Positions 1-12,893 of a stretch of 64,000 bases of DNA are shown piece by piece (positions within the stretch are counted from its first letter, which is position 1; every line of letters begins with the position of its first letter). The notes under the pieces were generated by a model. The model saw only the letters and a program-made list of their open reading frames with translations, had not been told where the DNA came from and ran no database searches. Made by a program: the position numbers and the translations under genes. The stretch is taken from assembly GCA_947040455.1 (NCBI GenBank), contig CAMRBN010000002.1:11856-75855 (forward strand), written 5' to 3'. The DNA comes from an uncultured Mycoplasma sp. (GTDB lineage: Bacteria > Bacillota_I > Bacilli_A > Mycoplasmatales > Metamycoplasmataceae).

Positions 1-323
1 TCATATTTTTTTGTAAATGCTAACAATGTGTCAAAAGTTCCTGACATGGTTTTTGGTATTGGTAAAAAGATAATGTTCTCATACTCTTTTAATAATTTAT
101 CAATTAAATCTTGTATATGTGACAAAGAAGGAAGTGAAGTTGAACATTTTGCTCCATTGGTAATTTGATTTATTAAAGTTTGTTTAGGAACTTCGATGCC
201 TTCTTGTATGTCCTGTTCATCTATTTTAATTTGTAAAGAAAGGAAGAAGATATCCTTGTTTTCCTTTATATCATTTATATATAAACCAGAAAAAGAATCT
301 AATACTATTGCTATTTTTTTCAT
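1..323 (-). CDS. DegV family fatty-acid-binding protein (N-terminal part; the gene runs off the window start)
   Basis: Reverse-strand ATG at 321-323. Translation MKKIAIVLDSFSGLYINDIKENKDIFFLSLQIKIDEQD...CSTSLPSLSHIQDLIDKLLKEYENIIFLPIPKTMSGTFDTLL fits the DegV pattern. The frame stays open to position 1. Confidence 0.7.
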   Translation of the reverse strand, partial: MKKIAIVLDSFSGLYINDIKENKDIFFLSLQIKIDEQDIQEGIEVPKQTLINQITNGAKCSTSLPSLSHIQDLIDKLLKEYENIIFLPIPKTMSGTFDTLLAFTKKY

Positions 324-415
324 ATTTATAATAATACCATTTTTTAAGTATTTTATTTTAATTGTTTTACATTGTGCTTATTACTTTATAATTAATAAGT
401 TAAGAAAGGTAAAAA

Positions 416-1375
416 ATGAAAAGATGAAATTCAAAAAGAATTGCATTTATAGCAATTCTTATAGCAACATCTATAGCATTCGTTGTAATTGGCGCTCAAG
501 CCGCAGCGATATCTTCTTTACCCAATTTCAAACTTTCATTAGCTGGTTTGCCAGTTAAAATAACGGGATTTCTATTCGGTCCAGGTATTGGATTTATAAT
601 TGGTTTTACAACAGATATTATGACATTTTTATTTGTTCCAGTGTTTTATAATCCTATTTATTCTCTTGCCTTAGCTATTTCAGGAATGGTTCCTGGATTA
701 TTTGCTTGATTTTATTTCAAAAAATTTAATCCTAAATTTACAAAAAAAATTCAAATTAAAAAATACAATATTAAAAAAATACAATTAAATCATAAATTAA
801 TTTCAGAATACAGCAATGACTTAAAATCCAACAAAGCCACAACCATTATTGATAAAATAAAGAAAATTGATAACAAAATTTTTTATCTTAAAGATGAAAA
901 AACCAAAGAATTAAAATTATTAAATTTCAATCTTCTTTCTTCTGTATTGTTCACTTTAGCAATTGCTTTCACCATTACAATATTGTTTGAAAAATTTCTA
1001 ACTCCTGAAATACTTCAATCCGCTTTTGAAAATTTTGCATTTTTGCAAAATAGAATAGTATTTTCAATGTTTGTGTGAGTAGGGTTTTTATTAATTATAA
1101 TTTTTTTAATAGTATGCAGATTTTCAATGAAACCACATAACTATATTAAAATGGTTCCGTTATTGATGTTTATCGTATTAACTGAATTTATAAATATTCC
1201 ATTAATTGCATTGGCTGATAAAGCCACAGTAGGAATTAATTTTTGGGTTTCATTCTTAGTCTCATTTGTGTCTTCTCCAATTAAGATTTGAATGAATTTA
1301 TTAATAATATCATTTGCGACCAAAATTGTTACCCCATTAATAACTGGTAAACAAACCAACGCTTATTTTAATTAA
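416..1375 (+). CDS. Polytopic membrane protein, ECF-transporter S-component-like, with a Lys-rich hydrophilic insert
   Basis: ATG at 416 and TAA at 1373, continuous when TGA is read as Trp. The N-terminus MKRWNSKRIAFIAILIATSIAFVVIG...LAGLPVKITGFLFGPGIGFIIGFTTDIMTFLF resembles ECF substrate-capture subunits. The functional call is tentative. Confidence 0.45.
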
Positions 1376-1424
1376 GCAAAATAAATTAAACAAAATAATA
1401 AAAATAAAAAAGGTAAAAATAAAT

Positions 1425-4088
1425 ATGACAAAATCAAGTAAAAAAAATTTAATATTATGATTGGGGATCTCAACAGGTTTGGCTGCAATTTTTGGAACTA
1501 GCGCAGGACTTTATTTTTCAGCAGGAGATTTAAAAAATATTGCTGATAAAAAAGAATATTTAGTAAGAAGTAGCACACCCTTGACTTTAGGTGGATATCA
1601 TTTTGATACAAGTGCTACTTATGGACCTGCTGCAACAAAAACACCTGAGGGTCTAATGACTTCAAATTTAATTAGAGAAAAAACTATCGGAGAAACTAAA
1701 TTTGTTAAAAATGATAGTGGACTTTTAGTTGTTGCACAATCATCTAAATCAAAATACTCTTTAGAATTAGCGAAAGAAATAATCTTGACATTTAAAGATG
1801 GCAATAAGTCTGTTCAAGTAATATTTAACAGTGATGAAGCCGAAATAGATAAATCTATTAGCATGAATGACAAACCAGAAGTCATACAATTGGAATCAAG
1901 CAATAAAAAATCAATCAATCATAAATATTTTGGTGATTTATTATCAGTAGGTAAGGCTAATTTAAATTTAAATGGAGAATTAGAAAGTAATGCAGAAGGC
2001 ACATATTTGCTAAATTCACTTGGGTTTACTGTTCATGATGATGTTTCTTGAGTAGATCATAATGGTAAGTCGACAAAATATAAACTAAATGTAAGAGATT
2101 TTTATTATTCTTATATGAGAACTTGATTATTTGATACAAAATATAGACGCTCAAATGGTGGTTCAGAAACTTTGGATCAATATTTTATTGAAATGACAAG
2201 CACTACATCAAGATTTACTAATGAAAAGGAATATCCTAATGATTATCTTTTGGGTTTATTTGGTATTGACGCTTTAGCTCTAAGAGATGAAAGTAAAACA
2301 ATACAAAAAGTTGATATTGATGGAGTTTCAACTGATGTGTTTAATGTAACTGCTTTGAGTGGTGAAACAAGTCCAAGTTTTAAATCTTTACTAGATAAGG
2401 CATTTTTAAATTCATTTTTATTATCGGCTGCACCATCTCAATTTATTGATGAGTTAGTTTCTGAAAATAATGACAAAACATATCCTACAAGTTTGCCATC
2501 AGGGGAAAAAATTTCTGGTGATGCAAATAAATTTGGAATATATATATATGGACAAAAAAGAACTGATAATCTTTTCGCTTCATCTTACATACCTGTTTCT
2601 GCTGAAGAAAACAGGATAATATTTAAGAAAAATATTCATTTTGCTAATAAAGAATTTTTGAATGAAACAAATACTTTGGAAAGAATAATTTTTGAATACT
2701 CTACTTCTCCTACATTTAATGATCAATTATTTAATAACTTTTTTGAAGGAACTGTTTCAGAAATGCCTTACAACTCTTTAACTCAACAACAAAAAATAAA
2801 AATATTTGGTCTTGAAGGAAATGACAAATTCGCTATAGAAAAAGGTCTTTTGCAAGTCAAACAATTAAACAAAACACAATTAGTACAAAGAACCTTGCTT
2901 ACAACTGATCCTAGAAAATTTAATGATAATGAAACAGGTAATTATTTCTTCAATGAATCATATTCAAAAATTATGTATGGTTCAACCATTCAAGATTTAA
3001 AAAAAGGGATAGCAAAAACAGCGAATTCATTTTTTAATGGTTCTGGTTTTGAATTAAGAACATTATTAAATGCTTCTATAAACTGATTTACATTTATAAA
3101 CAATTCAACAAAAGGGTTGAAGCAATTATGATTAAATCATTCAGCTCCGAATGCGGTATATAATTCTTCTATTGAAACAACACCATTTGATAATTTAGCA
3201 AGTGTAAATAATATCGGTTATTTTAACGGTGACACAAAAGTGGTTACTACTGAAAAAGAAATGAAACAATTATTTCTTGATAATTCTTCAAGTATTGATG
3301 AGCAATATAAAAATAAAAATTTTTTAGAAATTAAAAGATTAGTTGAAGAATTATTGGATAGAGAAGGTATTGTTGCAAGTAATCCATTAGAGTGAAGCAT
3401 TGTATATCCACATGCTGATGCTAGTTCTAATAAAATAAAAATTGATCAATTGGATATGGTGGTTAAAACAATAAAACTATTAGACAGCAAAGGTCGTTTA
3501 AAACCTACCTTATATGTTCCTAATAATAGAGATGAAATGATGCAAGCTGTAAATGACAATAAAGCTATTTCTGATTTTAACGGTTGAGGTTATGATTATG
3601 AAGGTATTGGTAGTTTCTTAGATGGAATTTCTCATGGCAAGGGAATTTCTTTATTGGGAGCATTTTCACTTTATTCTAATATTACTAATACAAAATTGAG
3701 AGCACAAAGTCCGGAATTTGCAAAACTTTCAGATAGAATAAAAGAAATTATGAATCCTGATTTACCCAATAATCTTAAAGTGGAAGATTGAATTTCGTTT
3801 ACTAATGATGATAATAATAATATTGACAGTAAATTTGGAAACTTTGCAATAAGTACTGAGTTGGCTAAATTCTTTTTGATGTATCAAGAAGAATTAACTA
3901 AAGACGAAATTCCTGCTTTAATTGTTGAATTAAATATTATCGCAGGATTTGCGATGGAAAGTGATATTTCAATTGATGATTCTAAATCTACTTCATTATC
4001 TTTGGTTTTGCCTGAATATTTATATCCGACAACAGAATCAGGAATTTTATATTTATCTGACATAAGATTAGGTGACAAAAATGTTTAG
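1425..4088 (+). CDS. oppA: Oligopeptide ABC transporter substrate-binding protein (OppA-like, family 5 SBP, about 887 aa, signal-anchored)
   Basis: One frame spans ORF-track pieces 1461-2051, 2172-3086 and 3861-4088, joined through TGA codons. It has an N-terminal hydrophobic anchor without a Cys. The segment VHDDVSWVDHNGKSTKYKLNVRDFYYSYMR fits the SBP_bac_5 W-x-DG...DF-x-Y/F-S motif. It sits first in the oppBCDF operon. Confidence 0.65.
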
Positions 4089-5211
4089 ATATATTTTAAA
4101 GAGAGCTGCATTAGCTATTATTACAATGATGATTTTGATAACTGTGGTTTATCTTTTGGTTGCATCATTTTCAAAAAATCCTTTTTCTGGTGGAGATCCT
4201 GAAAATGCTGCAGAACTTGCTCAAAAAGCAGGATTGAATGATCCTGTACTTATAAGATTCGGCAGGTATATTGGAGATATTTTTAGTGGCTCATTTGGCA
4301 AAATATACGTTCCTCAAGGTGGTGAATCCGTTTCTATTCCCACATTCTTTTTTGTTCCTTTAAAATGAACACTTTTAATAACAGTGCCAGCACTATTATT
4401 TTCTTCAATAATAGGAACTGGTTTAGGAGTATTAGCTGGTTATAAAAGAGGTACTTGAATTGAAGCGGTTGTCAATATTTTTGTTATAACTTTTATTGGT
4501 TTGCCATCATTTGTAATAGCACCCATTATGATATTAATTGCCGTAAATTCAAATGGTTTAATTTTATTTGACTTTAAACTACCAGAAGATGTTGGTTGAC
4601 TTTTATCTTTAAAATCATTGATGTTACCAATTTTAACTGTCACACTTGCTTCTCTTGCAGCATATACAATCCTAGTTAGAAATCAACTTATTTCAATATT
4701 GACATCAAATCAAGTATTGATTGCCAAAGGGAAGGGGTTATCAGGTATTGATATATTTCTAAAACATATTTTAAGAAATATATCAATTCCAATTATTTCA
4801 TTTATGTTACCATCATTTGTTGTTTTGTTGGCAGGTAATGTGGTTATTGAACAATTTTTCAATGTACCTGGTTCTTCTTCTGTAATTATTCAAGCATTTC
4901 CTAATGGAGAAATTAATATAATAATGTTTTCAATTATGTTTTATGCTTCTATATCTTTAGCAATCCAAATATTATTGGATTTCTTGTACATTGTTATTGA
5001 TCCAAGAATTATGTTTGTTGAGAAAGATAAGATAAATTATGTAAATGATTTAATAAACAGATTAAAAGTTCATAAAAATTATAAAATAGCAATGAAAAAT
5101 AAAAAAAATGGAATCTTTGTTGATAAAACTAATTATGATACTGCAACATTAGAAGTAGAATCTTTGGTTGAAGTAGCAAGTTATACAAAGGAGGTTGATG
5201 AAGATGAATAA
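4081..5211 (+). CDS. oppB: Oligopeptide ABC transporter permease OppB
   Basis: MFRYILKRAALAIITMMILITVVYLL... is a typical OppB N-terminus. Pieces 4072-4368 and 4618-5211 share one frame. The start overlaps the oppA stop. Confidence 0.8.
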
Positions 5212-6439
5212 AGATAATGACAATGAATTTGATTATAAAGAGTTTGCAATGGAAGAAAAAGCGAAAGAAACCACTTTGATTCATACAGATAAAAAATACG
5301 AAAAAGAAAATTTAGATTTTTCATTAAACGATAATTTATTTCGCTTTGTAGAATTAGAGAGATCATCAGGAATTAGTTCTTTGAGTGGTAAACAAAAAAG
5401 AATCACAGTTGATATTGCAGGAAGATTTTTTAAAAATTATTTTGCCTTAGTTTCTTTGCTGGTATTTTCATCAATTTTTTTAATATCAATAATAGCGCCC
5501 GCTATTTCAAGATTCGGTTCTAACACAGCAATTTTATCTATTGATTATCAATTCGTTTCAAACTTGCCACCTTCTTATGCTCCCGTTGTTACAGAAGTTC
5601 TCACCATCACTCAACTTGAACATATTGAAAAGATTTTAGGTCCTATCATTGATAAAAAAGAATTAACTCCCAATGGAGATTGATTAGTGACTTATAATAA
5701 ATATGATTTAATAAATGCTACATTACAAATTTCAAATCCTGATGCTGGAAATTTCGGTACTTTATTAGGTACAACTCAAGAGGGAATTGACATTTGAACA
5801 AGAACATGAACAGCTACTAGAGATTCATTGTTGTTGTCAATTTTAGTTGCTTTTACAGAAACAGCAATAGGTATTGTAATTGGTGCATATTTAGGATTTC
5901 ATGCAGGTACTTGAATTGATACAGTTTTAACAAGAATAATTGACATTATAAAAAATGTTCCAAGCATTATTTGGTTTTTATTATTGGTTTCATTGTTTAA
6001 AGATATAAATTTTGGAACATTGTTTTTATCATTGGTAATTATTGGTTGAACAGCCCCGGTTTATCAAACAAGATTGTGAATAATAACAGTCAAAGATCAA
6101 GAATATATTTTAGCTTCTAAATCAATTGGAGCTTCAACAAACAGACAAATATTCCATCATGCATTACCTGCAATAATTGGTAAATTAGCTACATCGTTAG
6201 TACAAAGAATAGTAATTGTTATCTTCTTCATTTCATCTCTTGCATTTTTAGGATTTATTCCTCATGGCGGTGAACCTAATTTAGGAACTATTTTAAATGA
6301 GGCAAGAAGCCAAGTGGAAAACAATGTTTGAATACTATTATTACCATCATTAATATTGTTATTTATATCACTATCAACTCAATTTATTGCCAATGGATTA
6401 CATGATGCTTTAGACCCAAAGTTAAAAGGAGGTAAATAA
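5195..6439 (+). CDS. oppC: Oligopeptide ABC transporter permease OppC
   Basis: An AAGGAGG RBS lies upstream of ATG 5195. The frame is continuous through TGA codons to TAA 6437. It contains the BPD-type permease core (...LGTTQEGIDIWTRTW...IGASTNRQIFHHALP...). Confidence 0.8.
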
Positions 6440-7530
6440 TGAATAATACTGAACAAATAAATGAAGTTGAATTAAAAATAAATGGTTTGCAAAAAAGTGA
6501 AGTTTTGTTAAATGTTAAAAATTTAAATGTTTCTTTTAATGTAACTAGAAAAAAAATAATCAGAATTGTTAGAGGAGTTGATTTAAAGATTCTTAAAGGA
6601 CAAATAATTGGTCTTGTTGGAGAATCTGGTTCTGGTAAATCAGTTACTTCCAAAGCTCTTATGAATCTTAATGATTTATCAATAACTGAATCAGATGAAA
6701 TGATGATGCAAGATATTTCGCTTAAAGATTTAAAAAATAAAGATTGATCAAAAATAAGAGGAAAAAAAATAGGTTATATTCCACAAGATCCACTAACTTC
6801 ATTAAATCCCACAAGAACTATTGGAAAACAGTTGCTTGATGTTTTAAAAGATAGCGAAGAATTTCCTACAATAAAAGAAAAAATGGAATATTTAATTGAT
6901 TTACTTGAATCTTTTGGGATTAGAGATGCCAAAACCAAATTTAATTCATATCCACATACATTTAGTGGTGGTATGAAACAAAGAGTGGTTATTGCGATGA
7001 TAGTCGCTGCAAAACCCAATTTAATTATCGCTGATGAACCAACAACTGCATTAGACCCAACAGTTCAAGCATCAGTATTATCGTTATTTGAAGATATTAG
7101 AAAAAAATACAATATTTCAATTATTTTTATTTCACATAATATTTCTGTTATTGCTAAATTCTGTGATTATATATATGTAATGTATGCTGGTAAAATTGTA
7201 GAATCTGGGACTAAAAAAGATATCTTCACTAGACCAGCGCATCCTTATACATGAGCACTTATTTCATCTATTCCTGAAAATAAAAATGAGAAATTATTTA
7301 ACATTCCAGGAACTCCTCCTGATATGGCAAATTTACCATCCGGTGATCCTTTTGCTCCAAGAAATCAATTCGCTCTGGAAATCGATTTTAAAAAAGAACC
7401 ACCATTATTTAAAATTTCAAAAACTCACTTTGCAGCAACTTGATTACTAGATGAAAGATCTCCAAAAGTAGAAATAACTTCTCAATTGGAAACAAGACTA
7501 AATTATTTTAAGAAGGTGTTTAATGAATAA
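6439..7530 (+). CDS. oppD: Oligopeptide ABC transporter ATP-binding protein OppD
   Basis: Walker A GESGSGKS, signature FSGGMKQR and Walker B IIADEPTTALD are present. Pieces 6439-6747 and 6832-7254 share one frame. The ATG overlaps the oppC stop in a TAATG arrangement. Confidence 0.9.
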
Positions 7531-9919
7531 TAAAAATAACGAACCTTTATTGGTTGTGAAAGGTCTTAAAAAATCTTTTCACACAAAGCATGGTGTAGTA
7601 AAAGCTATTGATAAAATTAGTTTCACTATAAAGCCAGGAGAAATAATGGGATTAATAGGTGAATCTGGTTCAGGAAAAACAACTGTCGGAAGATTGCTAA
7701 TTAGATTATATAACGATTTTTCAGGATACGTTTCTTTAGATAATCAAATTATTTCTGGAAAAAAAATATCTAAAAAAAGGAGATTATTTCTTCATAAAAA
7801 TATGCAAATGATTTTTCAAGATCCACATGCATCATTGGATGGACAACAAAATATTTATTCAATATTAAAAGAACCGTTAATTGTCAATAAAATAATGAAA
7901 AATGAATATGATGATATTTTTACAGATTGAAAAGATGTCTTGGAAAATTTTAAATATTCTTTCCAAAGAAAAGTTAAGCAAATTGAATACTCTAACATAA
8001 AAGAATTAAACACACAATCACAAAATTTCATTGATGAATGAAATGAAGAGTTCCAAGATTTTAAATTTAATTTTATTGATAATAAAATAGATAATATATT
8101 TAATTCTTATTTTAGTTTTTTGGATTCAAGACAATCAAAAGAATCTTATTATGTTAAAAAAGTATTTGTTAATAATGAAGAATTATTGCAAGAATATTTT
8201 TTATATCAAAAAAATTATAGAAATAATGATTTAGTTGAACACGAAACTAAGTTAAAAAAATCTAAAGAAAAATTAGATTTAACAATTGAACTTTCTACAC
8301 AATCTTTAAATAAATATTTAATAGGTATGGAGAAAATAAAACTAAAAACTAAAATTTCTGAAGACAAAAAAAATCGAAGTGAAGATGTTACAAATGTTAA
8401 AAACATATTGCTATCTTATTTATTAGAATATAAAAATACTTATCTTTCTTTTAATGAATCAGCTAATAAAGAAAGCGATTATATAAAATTTAATAAACTA
8501 AAGAAAAAGTATTTAGTTTATAAACATGCATATCATGTGTTAAAAATAAATATTGAAAAACTTATATATTCATCTCTTCAAGATATTGAAAAACTAATTA
8601 CAACTTTGAATGAAAGTATTTCAAATTGTCTAAAATTTTTAAAGCAAATTGATATAGATGAACCTTCATTTGTTAAGAAAATAAAAAAAACAATCAAGGA
8701 AAATTTCGATTTTAGTATTTTGACTTTTATTGGTATATCATCAACTAATAAATTAGCTATTGATGAATCAATAATAGATAATAAATTATCTTTGGATGAA
8801 AAAACACAAGTTTTAAAAATTAAATCAAGTCCTCATAAAACAGATATTGATATTTTGTCTGCTAAAAAAGATTTTCAAAATACTGTCGATGAGCATAAAT
8901 GAAATTTAGAAATTTTTTTAAGAGAGTTTGAAGGAGAAATGCAATTATTAACTGAAGACATTCAAATAGAACATGAATTAAATAAACAATATCAAATAGA
9001 CATTGATATTTTAAATAATAAATTTGATGAAATTCATAATAATTTTATTTTAGAATTAAAAAAATATTGTTTAGAACAAAAATTCGTAAAAGAAAAAACA
9101 AATCAACTTGTAGGTGTTTATAATGATAAAATAAAACAAAAAAAAGAGTCATTAAAATCTTTTGAAATAGAAATAATAAATTTAAAATCAGATTTTTTAA
9201 AAATGAAACATTTGGTTGGTATTGAATCAAATAACTTATCAAAAATATTTGTTAAAAAAATATTATTAAAAGAAAAAATTTATAAGTCTCTTGAAGAAGT
9301 TGGTTTATTAAGACAATTTGCTTGAAGATATCCTCATGAATTTTCAGGAGGGCAAAGACAAAGAATAGTTATTGCCAGAGCCCTTATATCTAATCCTAAA
9401 TTAATTATTGCAGATGAACCGATTGCCTCTTTAGATATTTCTATTCAAGCACAAGTGGTTAATTTATTAAAGGATTTGTGTAAAACCAAAAATGTAGCTT
9501 TAATATTTATAGCTCATGATTTGTCAATGGTTGAATACATAGCTGATAAAATTAATATTATGCATTTGGGGAAAATAGTTGAATATGGAGAAACATCTAA
9601 AGTTTATGCCAATCCAATTCATCCTTATACAATTAATTTGTTTGAATCTATTCCTAAAATATCAAATGCAAATAAACCATTTGAAGCATCGAATTTTGAT
9701 TTAAATTATTTGGAAGAACAAAGCAAATCAACTCAGTCAGAAGAATTCTTTAAGTGTAGTGACAATCATTATGTTTATTCTACAAAAGATCAATATAATA
9801 GATGAATGGGTTTTGAAAATAATATTACAAGAAAAGCATTCAATGTAAAACAAAAAAACAATGTTTGAAAAGATGGACAAAAAATAGAGGAAAGCACCAT
9901 TATTGATGTTACAAAATAA
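7523..9919 (+). CDS. oppF: Oligopeptide ABC transporter ATP-binding protein OppF with a large internal insertion (about 798 aa)
   Basis: Pieces 7523-7930, 8120-8902, 8939-9325 and 9455-9805 are all in one frame, interrupted only by TGA. Walker A GESGSGKTT and Q-loop MIFQDP lie at the N-terminus. Signature FSGGQRQR and Walker B IIADEPIASLD appear only after about nt 9340. Confidence 0.85.
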
Positions 9920-9971
9920 AAATAATCACCATTATTGAAGTTATATAAAAAGAAAGTGTAATAAAAGCAAT

Positions 9972-10364
9972 TTGCTTATTATTTCTTTTTTTATATTTGT
10001 ATCAATTGCAGTAATTATCGGCGTTTCTCTTGGTACTAAGAGATGATGATTCGATGTTATTTCAATTATTTCAATTTTTTACATAACTTTACCTATTCTT
10101 GCAATGATTTTTACTATGGGTGGCAAAGGAATTTTTAGAAAGGGTTTCGATTTATTTAAATTTAAAGAAATTAAAAATATAAATAAAAATAAATTTACTC
10201 CATCTGAGCAAAAACAACTAAAGGTATTAGATTTGCAAGAAGAAGAAACTAAAATACCTAAAGATAACAGCGATCTAATTTTTATTTCTATTATTTTGAT
10301 AATTTACGGAATGTTGTTGTTATTAATTTCTATGCCATCTCTTATTCTATTTTCAATAAAATAA
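9972..10364 (+). CDS. Small hypothetical membrane protein
   Basis: The ORF 10104-10364 extends upstream through two TGA codons to TTG 9972. Hydrophobic N- and C-terminal segments flank a charged linker. The start is uncertain. Confidence 0.35.
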
Positions 10365-10409
10365 AAATCTTTGTTTATAATTAGATAAGATAAATTAGAA
10401 ATGAGATTT

Positions 10410-12893
10410 ATGGACAAAACTTACAATCATCAACTTGTTGAAAAAGACAAAAATAAAAAGTGAATTGAAAAAAAATATTTTTCAACACATAATAAATTAA
10501 AAACACCTTTTTCTATTATTTTGCCACCACCAAATGTGACTGGTCAATTACATTTAGGGCATGCTTGAGACGGATTTATTCAAGACACCATTATTCGGTA
10601 CAAAAAACTAAAAGATTTTGATGTTTTGTTTTTGCCTGCCATGGATCATGCGGGAATAGCCACGCAAGCTAAAGTAGAAGAAAGATTAAGAAACAATTCG
10701 CAAACTAAAGAAATGTTAGGAAGAAAAGAATTTATTAAACAAGCGGTCTCTTGAAAAGAAGAATATGCTCAAATTATAAAGGAACAATGAAATAAGTTAG
10801 GTTTGTCTCTAGATTATACTAATGAACGCTTTACATTAGATGAAGCTTCTAACAATGCGGTCAATAAAGTTTTTATTGATATGTATAATAAAGGTTTGAT
10901 TTATAAAGGTGTTAAAGCAATAAATTGAGACCCCAAACTACAAACAGCTCTTTCTAATATAGAGGTTCTTTCAAAATCTACAAAATCACAAATGTATTAT
11001 GTAAAATATTTTTTAGAAGATAAGTCAGATTTTTTAACAATTGCCACTACAAGAATTGAAACAATTTTTAGTGATGTAGCAATAGCGTTTCATCCTAATG
11101 ACAAAAAAAATAACAAATTTAAAAATAAAAAAGTGATTAATCCTTTAACAAATGAATTAATTGAAATTATTACTGACGAATATATTGATCCTAAATTTGG
11201 TTCTGGTTTTATGAAAGTTTCTGCTCATGCAACAAACGATATTGATATTATTATGAAAAATAATTTAGAAATTAAAGAAAGTATTGATAAAGCAGGATTG
11301 ATGAATTCTATTGCTATGGAATTTAAAGGTATGACTTCTAAAATAGCAAGAAAAAAAATAGCTCAAAAACTTCACGAAAATAATTTATTAGTTAAAGTTG
11401 AGGAAATTGAAAATAATGTGGGTATATCAGAAAGATCGCATGAAACAATTGAAATTTTAGTTATGCCGCAGTGATTTATTAAAATGGACAAATTGAGTGA
11501 AAAGTTATTAAAAAATATTGATTCTCCAAACAAGGTTAATATTTATCCAAATAGATTTGAAATAATTTTGAAAAATTGAATGAGTGAAGTTCATGATTGA
11601 ACTATAAGCAGACAATTATGATGAGGTCATCAAATACCAGCTTGATATAAGGATGAGGAAATTAAAGTTCAAATTGAATCTCCTGGTGAAGCATGAACAA
11701 GAGATGAAGATGTGTTGGATACATGATTTTCTTCAGCTCTCTGTCCATTTTCATTTTTAGGTTGACCAAATATGGAAGATGAAAAATTGAAAAGATATTT
11801 TCCAACATCTCTATTAGTAACGGGTTATGACATTATTTTTTTCTGAGTTGCCAGAATGTATTTTCAATCTTTGGAATTTATGGGAGATATACCCTTTAAA
11901 GATTTATTGATTCATGGATTAATCAGAGATGAATCAGGCCGTAAAATGTCAAAATCATTAGGCAATGGAATTAATCCTATGGATATAATTGAAAAACATG
12001 GTTCTGATTCTTTAAGGTGATATTTATTAACTAACTCTACACCAGGACAAGATATTAATTTTAGTGAAAGTAAAATTGAATCCGCATGGTCATTAAATAA
12101 TAAATTATGAAACATAACAAAATTTATTATTTCGATGGAAGATAATTCAAGAGCAGATATTGAAGACACTGACAAATGAATTTTATCAAAATTTTATAAT
12201 TTAGAAAAAGACATTGAAAAACACATGGAAAAATATGAGTTTTCAATAATTGGTAAAAAATTAAATGACTTTATTTATAATGATTTTTCGAGTTGATATA
12301 TTGAATTTTTGAAAATAACACCAAACAAAAAAATAGCTGTTGAAATCCTTTCAAAATTATTAATTTTACTACATCCTTTTATCCCCTTTTTGACAGATCA
12401 TTTATTTAAATTATTGACAAACAAAGAGTTGTTAGAAAACTTGATTGAAACAACAAAAAATTATAAAGTGAACTACATTGATGACGCTATTTCTATAATA
12501 AGTTTAATTCGTGACTTTAGGGCAGAATTTAATATTAGTAATAAAGAAAAAGTTTCATATTATTTTGAATCATGTGATGCTAACGCTTTGATTGTAGGAT
12601 TGGTGAATAAAATAGCTAATTCAATAATAGAAAAAAATAATAATTCTCCATATTCCAAAAACGGTATAACAATTTATATTAAACTTACAGTTAAACAAAT
12701 TGAAATTGAAAAATCTAGATTAAATAATGAAATTGAAAAATTAAATATGGAAATAATTAGATCAAAGCAAATTTTATCAAATGTTAAGTTTATGAATTCT
12801 GCACCAAAAAATAAAATAGATTTAGAGAAACAAAAATATAAAAATTACCAAGAAAAACTATCTTTGTATTTAAAAAAAATAGAGGAATTATAA
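10410..12893 (+). CDS. valS: Valine--tRNA ligase
   Basis: Class I HIGH motif ([15 protein letters not shown]) and KMSKS ([10 protein letters not shown]) are present. The frame is continuous through many TGA codons. An alternative ATG lies at 10401. Confidence 0.9.

Noticed and set aside
196-558. A 120-aa plus-strand ORF spanning the DegV start and the next gene's 5' end.
   Set aside because: It overlaps the DegV N-terminus on the opposite strand and is out of frame with the membrane protein that starts at 416. The translation looks random.
7930-9325. The middle of oppF as one or two independent inserted genes (track ORFs 8120-8902 and 8939-9325).
   Set aside because: It has the same frame as the flanking ATPase halves, with no non-TGA stop and no internal RBS or start context. 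A single Walker A lies upstream and a single signature plus Walker B lies downstream, so one ABC domain is split by an insertion.
10365-10409. A possible T-box leader upstream of valS.
   Set aside because: The spacer is under 50 nt, far too short for a T-box element.
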